A stretch of DNA of 64,000 nt from Paraspadella gotoi (taxonomy: Eukaryota > Animalia > Chaetognatha): contig CM119269.1 in assembly GCA_051294375.1 (NCBI GenBank), forward strand, positions 20,130,814 through 20,194,813, read 5' to 3'. Within the stretch, counting starts at the first letter, position 1; every line of letters begins with the position of its first letter. Shown here piece by piece: positions 40,486 to 54,007 of the stretch. The notes beneath the pieces were generated by a model. That model saw only the letters and a program-made list of their open reading frames with translations, made no database searches and was not told where the DNA came from. Made by a program: the position numbers and the translations under genes.

Positions 40486-43400
40486 ACCAACGTCGATTAA
40501 TGATTATTGCTGATCGGAATTATTAGAATAAAAAAAAAAAACTGATAATATAGCCATTAGAATTTAAAACAAAAAAAAAGTTTTAATACTAATTTGCTAA
40601 TTTCCGAACAATATCTCGGCAGCGTCGTGGACTCGAGAGACGAATACATCGTTGTCGTCTTTGCCGCAGCGCGGGGGCAGGAGCAGCAGCAGCCACCTCA
40701 CCCGAACACGAATCCAGCGTATGCTCGTCCTCGTCGGTGTTGACGAAAAAAGTTCCGCCGTAATCGACGCCGGAGAAATCTGGTGTAGCCGACGGCGAGA
40801 CCCGGGTCGGAGTTGGACTCTTGGATGATCTCCGCTCCTTTCGGGGGGGGGGGGTTTGGGGGGGGAGAGGGTGGGTAGATTAGGAGGAGCGGGAAAGGAG
40901 GGGAACGGTGGNNNNNNNNNNNNNNNNNNNNNNNNNCCAACGTCGATTAATGATTATTGCTGATCGGAATTATTAGATAAAAAAAAAAAACTGATAATAT
41001 AGCCATTAGAATTTAAAACAAAAAAAAAGTTTTAATACTAATTTGCTAATTTCCGAACAATATCTCGGCAGCGTCGTGGACTCGAGAGACGAATACATCG
41101 TTGTCGTCTTTGCCGCAGCAGCGGCGGCAGGAAGCAGCAGCAGCCACCTCACCCGAACACGAATCCAGCGTAGTCGTCGTCCTCGTCGGTGTTGACGAAA
41201 AAAGTTCGCCGTAATCGACGCCGGAGAATCTGGTGTAGCCGACGGCGAGACCCGGGTCGGAGTTGGACTCTTGGATGATCTCCGCTCCCTTCGGGGGGGG
41301 GGGTTTGGGGGGGGGAGAGGGTGGGTAGATTAGGAGGAGCGTAGGAAAAGGAAGTCATTGAATTAATGAATGAATGAAAGAAGGAATGAATGATTTAATG
41401 AATGAATGAATGAATGAATGAATNNNNNNNNNNNNNNNNNNNNNNNNNNNNNNNNNNNNNNNNNNNNNNNNNNNNNNNNNNNNNNNNNNNNNNNNNNNNN
41501 NNNNNNNNNNNNNNNNNNNNAATGAATGAATGAATGAATGAATGAATGAAAAAATGAATGGATCAACCAATTAATCAGTCAATCAATCATTCAATAAATC
41601 AATCAATCAATCAATATTTGTTTTTTTTCTCCACCTGATTAAGGATTTTCCACTGAGCGTCGATTTGCGATTCTCCGTAAGGATCCATGAGAACCGTTTG
41701 AAAAGTTCGAAAGTCGGTGTACCTTGCAAACGAAATTGTATTCAATATCTTTGTGTAAATCCTTTCTTTCGTTGTGTTTGTGACTNNNNNNNNNNNNNNN
41801 NNNNNNNNNNNNNNNNNNNNNNNNNNNNNNNNNNNNNNNNNNNNNNNNNNNNNNNNNNNNNNNNNNNNNNNNNNNNNNNNNNNNNNNNNNNNNNNNNNNN
41901 NNNNNNNNNNNNNNNNNNNNNNNNNNNNNNNNNNNNNNNNNNNNNNNNNNNNNNNNNNNNNNNNNNNNNNNNNNNNNNNNNNNNNNNNNNNNNNNNNNNN
42001 NNNNNNNNNNNNNNNNNNNNNNNNNNNNNNNNNNNNNNNNNNNNNNNNNNNNNNNNNNNNNNNNNNNNNNNNNNNNNNNNNNNNNNNNNNNNNNNNNNNN
42101 NNNNNNNNNNNNNNNNNNNNNNNNNNNNNNNNNNNNNNNNNNNNNNNNNNNNNNNNNNNNNNNNNNNNNNNNNNNNNNNNNNNNNNNNNNNNNNNNNNNN
42201 NNNNNNNNNNNNNNNNNNNNNNNNNNNNNNNNNNNNNNNNNNNNNNNNNNNNNNNNNNNNNNNNNNNNNNNNNNNNNNNNNNNNNNNNNNNNNNNNNNNN
42301 NNNNNNNNNNNNNNNNNNNNNNNNNNNNNNNNNNNNNNNNNNNNNNNNNNNNNNNNNNNNNNNNNNNNNNNNNNNNNNNNNNNNNNNNNNNNNNNNNNNN
42401 NNNNNNNNNNNNNNNNNNNNNNNNNNNNNNNNNNNNNNNNNAAAAAAAATCGTTGTTCAAAATTTAAAATCAAACTTTCTCCATTCAATTTCTGTAAAAT
42501 TCGATATTTTGGTGAAACAAACGCCATCGATCAAGACTTTCTACCCTAAAATATATTTTCTTATTTTCGAGATGACCCCTTACTTGACGAGGCCGTTGAA
42601 GGGGCATACGTCGAGGTCGTCGGGAACGCCGTCGCCGTCGAGATCTCCGTCGCAGGCGTCGCCGAACCCGTTGCCGTCAGAGTCCGTTTGGTTCGCGTTC
42701 TGGCGGCAAAAATGAGGGAGAAAGGGGGAAAGTTGACAAGATTTCCTTTTCGGACACGTACAGTCGTACATAGATCTCAAGACGGATAGAATGAATGAAT
42801 TGACGTCCGGAAAGATGAAACAAGGACAATCATATCCATTACCCATCAGTCCATCACCCAACAATGGATAGAAAAAACCGACCATTAAGCATTAAGCTAT
42901 TAATTTCTGCATTTTTGAGGATTTCTTTCGACCCAGCGGACGCAATCGCTCTGAAATTTTTCGAGTCTCATCCCCTTTTTTCTGGAACCCATTCCGCGAC
43001 CAGCTTGAAACCACCCTTCTTGACCTTCCCCCACCCAACCCCCCCGCCCACCGCTATGAGGACGCAGTTGTCGTTCCGATTCTGAACTCCGTCGTTGTCG
43101 ACGTCGACGTCGCAAGCGTCGCCTCTCCCGTCTCCGTCCGCGTCCGTCTGGTCGCTGTTGGGGAAGTCGGGGCAGTTGTCTTGATCGTCCTGGAGGCGAT
43201 TAGAGAAGCGATGAGAGAGGCGAATAGAAAAGTGATGAGAAAAAGTGATTAGAAAGGTAATTGGGTGAAGCGTTGAGAAAAGCGATTAGAAATGTGGTTA
43301 GAAGAGTGATGAGAAAAGTTATTGGAGAATTGATGAGAGAAGTCTTGAGAGGATTAGAAAAATTGATTATAAAAGTGATAAGATAAGTTATTAGAAAAGT

Positions 43401-45170
43401 GATAAGCGAATTTTTGAATTAGAAAATCTAGAAGTGAAACGAGTTTTAGTTTCGAGAGAATTCTTATTTCTGACCTCAGCTTTTTCTACGATTTTATTTG
43501 CTGCTTTTAATTTTTTTGAAAATTTTTTAGTATTTTTTGTATTTTCACTCCATAAGAGAATATTCAATAAACAATATATTTCCTTTGATTTTTTTTTACG
43601 TTTTCACTTTCATCGATTCTCTCACCAACCTTCTCTCTCTCTCCACTCCGGGTACCTGCAGTCCATCCCGGTCCGAGTCCACGTTCTTGTCGCAGACGTC
43701 ACCCACCAGGTCCGAGTCTCTGTCCTCTTGTCCAGGGTTGAAGTCTTTGGGACAATTGTCGCAGTCGTCGCCGACGCCGTCGCCGTCGCGGTCGAGTTGA
43801 AGCCGATTCTGGACGCAGGGACAGTTGTCCAGCTCGTTGGCCACGCCTGTTGAACACGGGTTTAATGCAGTTAAATGCAATATATATATATATATATATC
43901 TATTTATATCATTCATTTCTTTCTTTTTGGCTTTTTTTCTTTTTCTTTCTTGATTTCTTAATTTCTTGATTTCTTTGTTGTTGTCAATCTTTCTTCTTTC
44001 TTTCTTTCTCTCCATATTTCTTTCTTTCTTTCCTTATTTTTCTCTTTCGTTCTTTCTCTTTTACTTTTTTGTTTCTATCTCTCTTTTCATAATCGTGACT
44101 AAATTTGTTGTTTACCATTTCGATCACAAACCCCCGCCCTTTCTCACCATCGTCGTCGCTATCGTCGTCGCAAACGTCGCCGATCCCGTCCCGGTCCGTG
44201 TCCAGTTGGTCCGCGTTGGCGACGTAGGGGCAATTGTCGCAAGCGTCGCCGAGGCCGTCGTTGTCGTCGGCGCCGGATGTATAGTCAGAGTCGGTCTGGT
44301 ATCGATTGGAGGTGAGAGGACAGTTGTCGAACCGGTTGGTGATGCCGTCTCCGTCTGGAAAGGGGTGGAGGAAGGAAGGGAGGTGGTGGAGTGATTGATG
44401 GGGTTGAAGATGGTGGGAGATCGCGAAGACTAGAAAAGAATAGGCATTTTCAATTTTAACTACGACTCATTATCGTTATCCCTCATAATCATAATCATCA
44501 TCAACATGACGATCGTCAGCATCGTCATCACGTTCACCGGCGTCGCAATTGTCACAAGCGTCTCCGATGCCGTTCCCGTTGGAGTCTTCTTGTCGTCATC
44601 ACGTCATCATCACGTCATCACGTCATCATCAAGTCATCACGTCATCATCATCACGTCATCACATCATCGTCATCACGTTCACCCGCGTCGCAATTGTCAC
44701 AGGCGTCCCCGATTCCGTTCCCGTTGGAGTCTTCTTGTCCCGAGTTGGGGACTTTGGGGCAATTGTCTCGTCGGCAACTGTGATGCTCGCATGGGAGGGC
44801 CTTATCGGGCAGCCCGTCGAGGTCCGAGTCCCGCCCGCAAAAGACGCCGTTGCCCGCTTGCCCGATGCGGCATTTTCGACCCTACAAAGGTGAAAAGAAT
44901 ACACGCATATTACGAATTAGTACGTTCGAGACGTCTATTCACTATAATAACACCAAGTTGCAAACGCCTAATTCCTTTCGCTAATCATTTTGAACATCAT
45001 CCACTCGTCTCTCGCACTAAACCCCATCATTTTACCAGCGTGAAGGAGAATCCGTCGTCGACGTTGGCCGAGTCCGTCTTGAAAGTGTTGGACGATTGGG
45101 GATGAATTAGTTGGAGATTCGTCAGAACCAACACCGACGCCGCCAACACGGAATCCAATCGCACCGTCAT
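39485..45170 (-). CDS. Thrombospondin (COMP/TSP-B-like signature region) lacking N-terminal, coiled-coil and full EGF domains; ~12 exons
   Basis: Exon 45036-45170 ([25 protein letters not shown]...) splices in phase to [26 protein letters not shown]...[13 protein letters not shown]. Type 3 repeat exons lie at ~44148-44354, 43657-43847, 43052-43189 and 42583-42699. These are followed by [28 protein letters not shown] | [18 protein letters not shown]...[10 protein letters not shown] | YQDS... The 3' exons in this copy carry indels. Confidence 0.92.
40487..41345. repeat. ~420-bp direct duplication (including one thrombospondin exon) either side of a 25-N gap
   Basis: 40487-40911 is near-identical to 40937-41345. 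A similar small case occurs at ~48942-49143 around another gap. Confidence 0.9.
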
Positions 45171-48100
45171 TGTTGGAAGCGTTTTCAACGTTTTTTTTTT
45201 TTGTTATATCACTTGCGTTTTTTTAATTTTTATTCTATTTCAATTTATTTTTCTTTTTTTTATATATATTTTGAATCGTCGATTTAAAAATGCGGAGAGT
45301 TATATTCACATTTTCTGCGTAATCGTATAATTTCAATTTTACGAAAAAAATTAATTTTCGCAAGAAGTAAAAAATTGGTTCAATTCGTTCGAGTTAATGA
45401 TTTGTGACGTATTTTATTTTACGCGTGTAAATCACAACTCCGTTCTTTTACGATGAAAAAAACACGTCGTTAAAAGGGGAATTCACGGTATTTTTACAAG
45501 TAAAGAATTAAGCTCGCGGTGTCACGTGATGATTCGAAGAATAAGAGATGAGTTTTTCAGAATTGCTGGAAGCCATGACGTCCCATATTTTAATTTAGGA
45601 TTATACACAGCTATCAAAGCGAATGTATTTTAGAATTTAAAATGTATTTTAGAGAAGAAAAATTTAAATGTAACATTAATTTCAGGACTTAATATATATA
45701 TTCCCTGTAAGGGTTAAGACCGAATATCTTAGAAATGTTGATTTATGAGACTGAAATTAAGAGGTCAGATAAAGATAATAATCATTGTTTATAAATAGGT
45801 GTCCATTGTATTCTGTATTCTGTATTAACACTAGTACTAATAAATACTATTAATACTAATGATACTATTAATACTAATACTTTTAATACTTAACTAAAGA
45901 AAATAAGCAATAGTCATAGTGATTTAAGTAATTTAGTAATATCTTTAAAACGTCTTTTCTTCCGAGTCGGTGATTTTAGACCAAAAAAAAAAAAAGATTT
46001 TCTTTCCTTTCAAAACGAAATTCGTGCGCCGACGAAAGAAAAATGAAAGAAAAGAGGAGGGGGGGAGAAAGAGGAAGGAAAAAGCAAGAGGGAAGGGGGT
46101 CAGGAAGGGGGGTGGGGGCAAAGGAAGGGTTGGAATGGGGGGGGGGAAGAAATACCTCGAGAAGGTTTTGTTTTGGTTCGCGTCAAAGTCCGTTCAACTT
46201 CGAGATCAGAGGAAGTTCGAACTCCGCAGTTTCGTCGCAGTGGGTCGAATCGTCGTCGTCGACGTCGTCGTCGTCGTCGACGTCGTCGTCGACGTCGTCG
46301 TCGTCAGTCATCAAGATCATCGTCGTTCTCTGATCGTCATCGTCGCGTCTATCGGTTCCATCAGCGTCATGTTCGCTCTCTCCGTCATTATCATCTTCGT
46401 CATCTTCGGTTTGGGTTCGAATGTTCTTCAGTTGAGGGTTTTGACCCCTTCACCCATTTACCCCGGAAAATCTGCGGGAATTGAACCCGAGACTTTTCTC
46501 GTTCACAAGTCTGGAGTTTTTCTTCCCTCTTCACCGAGGTCAAGTTTGTGAGCGGGGGGGATTTTTCTCGCTCTTCATTGTTATCAACTTTGAGAGTGAG
46601 ATTGATTTGAGTTATGTTTTCACGGCTTTCTCAGCATTCTGTGGAATCGATACAATTTTTTCGTCTCAATTATTTCCATCTCTAATGTTTGTCATTATCA
46701 TTGCATTCATTTCGGGGGATAGATTACCTTCATCATTGTTTTTCCGATTTATCATTAACTTAACCTTCATCTCTACTATTTCTCTCTTCTCTATCTTAAT
46801 CACCAGCCTCACTATAATCGTCTATGTCGTTCATCTTCTGTCTTCGTCGTCGCTGTCGTCGTCACTGTCGACGTCGTCGTCGACGTCGTCAACGGACGAA
46901 GAAGCGACACGAGGAAAGAAAACAAAAACAAACCGCGACGGCGGCGGCGGGTGCTGCGGCGGCGGGTGCTGCGGCGGCGGCGGCGGATTGGGATGGTTGG
47001 TGAAGGGTGAAGGGACTGTAGGGTAGAGGATTTAAAGAACGAAGAGGCGGGAAATCAAAGAGGGAAGACATTAGAGGGTAACTGGATACCACTAATGCTG
47101 CAGGAAGTTAGGACGCTTTAATTAAAACGAGATTCTCCTTCGAGGAATTCGTGAATCTGATTAGAACGAGGATAGAAGTTTGACAAAAAAGTTGCCAAAA
47201 AACAAAGATTTAAAAGGGGCAAAGAAACGACGTTTGATTGCTATTTTTCTATTAGAACGATGACGGAGTAAGCAGGGGCGCTCCTGCGAAGATGTCGGCA
47301 TGTTGAAGGCTGCGCTAAATAAAAGGCTGTCGCCTCAAGGCCGTTTGGATAAGATGTGATCAAAGATGTGACCAAAAAAAATATATGAGCGCAGAGAAGA
47401 GCGCAAAAAAAAAATAAAGAAGGGAGCGCTCAAACGAAGACATGAAGCCATAACTGTGACGTGAATCTTACATAAACGGTCGGGCCGCCTGGCCATCCGG
47501 TCGCGGTTCCCTTTTGATATCTATCTCGTCCACGAAAAACCAAAATGTTTGAAATTTTTCTTTTTTTAAAAAAAAGATTTATTTAGCTTTTTTTTAAACG
47601 TATTTTCCCGTCGAAACGAATGGTTATAACCTCGTCGTCGTCGTTGTCGTCGTCGTCGTCGTCGTCGTCGAATTAGATGACTTATCCAGATAAGTTCTTT
47701 GTCGTCGTCCGCCTATAGTTGTTGTTTTTTGTTGTGGTTGATGATGATAGGACTAATAACCCTTATGACACGCATCAATTAGTGAGCGAATAAAAAAAGG
47801 TGAAATATTTTTCGAAAATTACGTAGCCGCCTATCTCTTTTAGTTTTGGAAAGGTGTCACACGGGTTATTCAATTTATAAAACTGAAACAGAAAATACCC
47901 TAATTTGGAGATTATTTTTGGGCAGCCAATCATCATTACATAATATTATTCACTACGATTTAATACGATTTAATACTCGGACTCTCTTGCCGAACTGAAT
48001 CTTTATCTATCCTTTGAGAGCCTTAAAAAACTTAATCAAGCCAGACTTGAATTTTCTACTAATGAGATTTTGATATAGATAGTGATGATGTTTTTTATAA

Positions 48101-49817
48101 GAGTTTGATCCTGTCACTGTATTGCAAGGGTGATTTGAAAAAATAATCTTGAATGAGGCAAGATTGAAAAACTAATGGCATCGACTTGATTTTGACGAAA
48201 GAAATGACAAAAAAAGAGAAAAAAATAAATTTGGGTAAAACCGAGAAAAAAGAATATGGGGGAGGGTTAAAATGGGAAATGATTTTGTGGTTTACATCAT
48301 AGGGATAGGGGTAGCCGCACTCAATGGGGTGAGTCAAAAATTTAGAGTGAGTTCATGCTCAAACGAATATTTAGACATTTTTAAGAATACTTTCAATGGA
48401 CAAAAAATTTCTAATATGTCTCTATACCCTAGTAATTAATTTTTTAATATTCATTTATAGATTTTAAATATTTTTACGATAAGTGTGTCAAAAATAAGAA
48501 AAACCATAAAAATCATCATCATCATTATCTTTCGATGATTTTATCAGTTTTTTTATATTTTCACTTAGAAAACGTAAGAATTTTTAAAAGCTGTAATTAT
48601 ATTTCTTGTTTAACTTTTTATGCTCTATCAGAATCCATCAAAAAAAATTAAGATTTCAAAAAAAAAAATTTTGCTCTATATAGTAATATAATATTTTTAA
48701 TTAGGCTAGTACCCTCAGAAGAAAGCATTTTTGACAAAAAATATTTTAATACCATAACCTATGGTCATAATACATTATTTTAACGCTGTATACATTAGCA
48801 TTTAAATTTCATCGGCTATGGCTAATAGGGAGGATCCAAAGCAACGAATAAAACAAATTTAAAAAAAAAAACAAAAAAAAACGCGACCTTATCTTAGGTG
48901 TTTCTCGAATTAGCTTTTTTTTCTTGCTTTCCATCTTTCTTGTCTTTTTTAGTAATTATTTCTCTATCTTTAGGTTCCGTATGATTCTGTTTTTGTTTGG
49001 GAATCATTTAAAGATATATGTTTTTTTACGTTAAAANNNNNNNNNNGTCTTTTTTAGTAATTCTTTCTCTATCTTTAGTTTCTGTATGATTCTGTTTTTG
49101 TTAGGGAATCATTTGAAGATATATGTTTTTTTTTACGTTAAAAGAAGTAAACTTTAGGGAGTTCATACGAATAAGAATGAAATATTTTGACTTAATGTAT
49201 GATTTACTTGATAATCTGATTGCTTTTTAATTTTCTTAATGTCAATAAATACTCAATATATTAGCGCAAAAATTGGACATCATCATGTAAAATTGATGAA
49301 AAAGACAGCGAAAAAATTGTCTCATTGCAGCAAATCTAATTTTAACAATACTATTTATTGAGATTCTCTCTGACACATTTCTTGCTTTCAAGTCTTATAG
49401 TTATATAATATATAATATTTAAAAAATAGATTGGAAAATGTCTTTTGTTTTCAAACCGCCTAAAGCGACATAACTTGAATCGGCGTGAATCGAACGAAAA
49501 ACAAATTCGATAGATTTTTTATGAAATTGGTACATTGAAATTGGTATATTATCCTGGCGCGTTAAAAAAAATATCAAGAAATAAATTCAATATTTATTAT
49601 CGATTGTAGAATACAAGGTACAATATTAATGACACTGATGGTCTCATGAAAAGGGGCTCAGCTACACGGTCCATTATTTTTTGAGGCTTCAAATTGATGA
49701 GTGAATCGCGAATTCTTATCGCGCTCTTCGAAGCCTCAATTTACTGCAGGTTGAAGCTATCTGGTTGGAACGCGTTAAATCCCCATCTCTCAGGATGTAG
49801 ATCGAACTCATCCTCTC

Positions 49818-49856
<39 letters not shown>

Positions 49857-50441
49857 CTTTCCCATCTCGCGAATTTCCTCGAAGTTAAAAATAGCATCCC
49901 GGATAAAAATACTCTCTCATCTTCGACGCATCGAATTTGGCGCAGAACTAAAAATCGCCGAAAATCTAAGGAAAGATGATGGATGGTGTTATCTTGGGGT
50001 TCAGAGTAGGACTGAAGGTTGAAGCTCGATTAAAGACTGATAGAATGTAAACTTTTCTTTGTAGCCTTTTTTAAGTAGTTTTAGTTAATATTTTAATGAA
50101 GTCACTAGACTTTGTCCGGCTGTGCTTCACTTTGCTTTATAACGACCAAAATACCAACGGTGACATGACCACAAAAAAAAACCAAAAAAAAAAAAAACAA
50201 CGCGATTTTTGGGTCTTTGCCGGAATTTCTTTTTCTTTTCCGCTTTCACTTTTCTTGATGAAACCTTTGTATTCTTAATCTTTTATCACATTGATAGTCA
50301 TCATGACTAATTATAATGTATCAGACTACTCTAAAAAAAATAGGTGGGTAATACATTTTTCACGAATCTAAAGAAAGTTTTTCAAACGCGATCAACGATA
50401 AACAACAAGCTCGGAATTGCGACCACCGAACACCATAGTTC

Positions 50442-50554
<113 letters not shown>

Positions 50555-50560
50555 GACGCC

Positions 50561-50568
50561 TATAAAAG
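50561..50568 (+). promoter_or_regulatory. TATA box of the troponin C gene
   Basis: TATAAAAG directly after a long (TC)n tract, 156 nt upstream of the ATG. Confidence 0.6.
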
Positions 50569-50716
50569 CTCACCCCCTTGCCCGATCGAATCTGATCGCC
50601 CCGGAATTTTCTCTCTCGCTCTCTCGAATTTTTATACCTCTCGCTCTCGCGATTCGCGTTTCTCTCTCGGAGATTTTTTCCAGCCACGTCCTCCGACTTA
50701 AGCGTCCATCGTTGCC

Positions 50717-50948
50717 ATGGGAGACGAAGCGCCAGCGCCCGCGCCAGAGTTCAAGTTGTCGGAGTCTCTTATCGCCGACTTCAAGTTGGTTACCATTATC
50801 GTTGTTGTTCTTTTTTTTTTTATGTTCTTCTGAAAACTGACTTCCATTGTAATTTCTTGAAACGTTTCATGTCGATAAATCAGAAATACAAATTTATTTC
50901 ATTTATTTTCTTTATTTCTATATTACTTTCTTTATACCTTTCATTTTT

Positions 50949-51035
<87 letters not shown>

Positions 51036-51795
51036 CTTTCTTTTCTTTATTTCCTTTTTTTCCGCCGACTTCTATTATATAATTCGTTCATACATTCTTA
51101 TATTCACTCATTCATCTATTTCAGAGATGCCTTCGAGAGGATCGACAAGGAAGGAACCGGTGAGATCCCGACCTCTGAACTCGGATCCGTCATGAGGATG
51201 TTGGGTCACAATCTAAAACCCGACCAACTGCAGGTCAGCAACAACGACAATTTATTAGGTTACGCATTGACCCCAATTATTAGTACTTTACGAGACTTCC
51301 TATCATCAACACAGCGTCCTCTTCGTCTTAATTGCACAAAAAATAAACTATTATTTCCAACTGAATTTCTTTTTTTTAGTTCAATTTTCTTCTTTTTTTT
51401 CTTGTCTTTTTTTTTGGGGGGGGGGTTAAATAATTTTTTGTGTTTATGCTTTTTTTACGAGGGAGGGACATTGACGATGAGAAATACCAGCAGGAACAGA
51501 CCAGCGTGAAGTCTCGATTTAAAAAAAAAAATGGGGGGAAAAAAGTAAACTTTTTATTTGAGTGGAGAAGCAGACGACGATTCGATTAAAAAAGACTCTC
51601 TTGAAAGACGACAGAGTCTGTAAAGAAAGACGGGTGAGAGATATTGATATCGATATTGAAAATAGCAGTCGAGCTTTAGGCCAGTTATTTAAACTACCTC
51701 AAAAAAAGCTACTTTGTCGAGATTATATTTTTTAAACAGCCGGTCGATTACTACTTCAAACAGTTAATTGTACTAAGTAGCTTTATCGTTTTCAA

Positions 51796-51874
<79 letters not shown>

Positions 51875-52602
51875 ATGAATCACGCCCATCCGCCATCCCA
51901 TCAGGAGTGCATCGAAGAGGTGGACGGCGACGGATCAGGATTCGTTGACTTCGACGAATTTTTGGTTCTGATGACGAAGAAGACGAAGGAGGCCGAGGAG
52001 GAGAAGGAAGTGAGGGAGGCTTTTCGTATTTTGGACAAGGAAGGAAAAGGTGAGAGAAAGAAAACAAGTATGTTCGATATATATCATTATATCTGATATA
52101 TATATATTTTTATACCCTTCTTTAATCTTCCTTTTTCCTCTCTCACCCACCCGTTCCTATCAACTAAAAACGACATTCCTCATCCGCATCCATTATTCTC
52201 ATCTTCCATGTCCCATCTTCCATATCGAGTCTCCCATGTCCAATCTCCCATGTTCCATCTCCCATGTCCCATCACCCATGTCTCACTTTTAACATTTCAC
52301 TTTTCCCTTCTCTTTCCCCGCATCCTTCCAAAATTCGTTTACACTTAATTCCTCTTCATTATCTTTACGATCCGCCATTCCCCCCATCCCTCCCCCCCAC
52401 CCGACCTCCCATTATCCACCGTTGAATCCTCACTCCGCCTCCTCCTTCAGGCACCATCGACACTGGCGTCCTCAAGGAAATCCTTCTCGCTCTGGACGAG
52501 ACGATGTCGGAACAGGACGTGGACGAGATGGTGACGGAGATCGACGAGGACGGCAGCGGCGCCGTTGACTACGAGGAGTTCAAGGCCGTCATGATGGGTT
52601 GA
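50717..52602 (+). CDS. TnC: Troponin C (invertebrate type, calmodulin superfamily), 157 aa; exons 50717-50784, 51125-51233, 51905-52049, 52451-52602
   Basis: In-phase GT-AG splicing. Four EF-hands: DKEGTGEIPTSE, DGDGSGFVDFDE, DKEGKGTIDTGV, DEDGSGAVDYEE. EAFRILDKEGKG.I...LKEIL..LD is typical of protostome-like troponin C rather than calmodulin. Confidence 0.88.
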
Positions 52603-53339
52603 AGCTGGTTGGAGCGGATCGAAGAAGGTGGAGCGGATCCAGGCGGGTGGAGTTGATCGCATTTAGGCGGGTGGAGCCGATCGAGGAAGACGGAGAGGTG
52701 TTCCGAACGAATCTATCGGAAACGCGGGCGATGAAGATTTTTTTTTTCCTCGCCTGTCGGACAAGTATCGACTTACCCTCGCTTCGCACTCTCTCTCTGA
52801 CTCGCTCGAAAAATTAATAGTCGGTGAAAAATGTGACTTTTTTTCTCTCTCTCTCTCGGCTAAACTCGCTTATTTCGAGGTTAATTTTTCTGAATTTATC
52901 ATTTTTTCTATTCTTTTTCGCCGTTGACGTTATTATATTTTTAATTGCGCTTTTAAAATATATATGTACTTACTTTTTAATAATTTATTGCGTAATTTGG
53001 AAGAATTCAGTTTCGATAAAAAAAAAATTGGCGATTTGAAAGAGTTGAATTTCTTCAATATTTATGAATCTTATTGCATCCGAGTTAAATTCATAGCAGT
53101 ATTTGGAATCATTAGCTTGAGAGTTAAAAAAAAGATTGAAACTGAACAACCCTTTCTAATTCTTCTAAATTCCCTTTTGGGATGTCGAAATGCAATTTCC
53201 CCTGAGAAACGAAGGTTTTTTCCTAAATCCGTGTAAAAAACAAGAACCGGCTAGTTCACGGTGTTGCGCTTCCGTAATTTTTTTTTTATGAACGTATGTT
53301 CCGATGATTACGTGATTACACAAGTATAAAACTTATGCA

Positions 53340-53556
53340 TGGCAAGCAGTTTACAATATGATCACCCTCAGATCACCGTCAGTATCCATGGAATGGGTCT
53401 GGGCTTTGAACCAGGGAAGAGGGTTTCCCAGGCTCCCAAGGCGGTTTTCTGCCGTCCTCACGCTTCCCGCAGGGTACATGCCTGGTTGGGATTGAACCTG
53501 GTACCTAGTGGCCTTGATCTGATGGCTTTACTCAATGAATCGTCGGGTCACGACTG
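53340..53556 (-). mobile_element. Possible tRNA-derived SINE
   Basis: GC-richer intergenic island whose minus strand begins with a tRNA-like head containing the B-box-like ggttcaatccc. Only one copy in this window. Confidence 0.3.
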
Positions 53557-54007
53557 AAGGTGTCCTGTTTATAGGCGGGGTCAACTTATTCAATGCCCGA
53601 TTACATAATTATTATTTTTAAAATATTGTTTAATAAACCAGTTATTTAAAATTTATTTTATTATATATGCGGTTAAAGCAAAGTTAAAGGTAATTTGAAG
53701 GTTACCAAAAAACCACGGGTATTCGGGTAAGCATTCAACGGACGATATATAAGTGGGTATCTTGAGCAAAACGTTTACAAAAAGCTTACAATAAAGCTTA
53801 ATAATAAAAAACAATAAACACAGAGGCAATTAGGAAAACGAAAAATAAAGATTAAAAAAGTTTTATGGAACGTAGGTAACCCGAAATTAATTTCGAAAAA
53901 TAAAAGTTGGTAAAATAAGATTTATTCATTTTCACCGTAAAACCTAAAAAAATGACATCTAAAAAAATATATAAACAAATTTTTTTTAAAGTAAATTCTA
54001 AATTGTT

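Noticed and set aside
41639-42715. ORFs of 260-313 aa
   Set aside because: They are open only because they span an N gap; the same applies to 10539-11297.
46150-46900. Asp/Thr-rich stretch upstream of the thrombospondin as extra coding exons, and a tRNA-like ggttcaattccc at ~46477-46488
   Set aside because: Minus-strand frames hit stops quickly and are driven by (GAC)n repeats; no full cloverleaf can be drawn.
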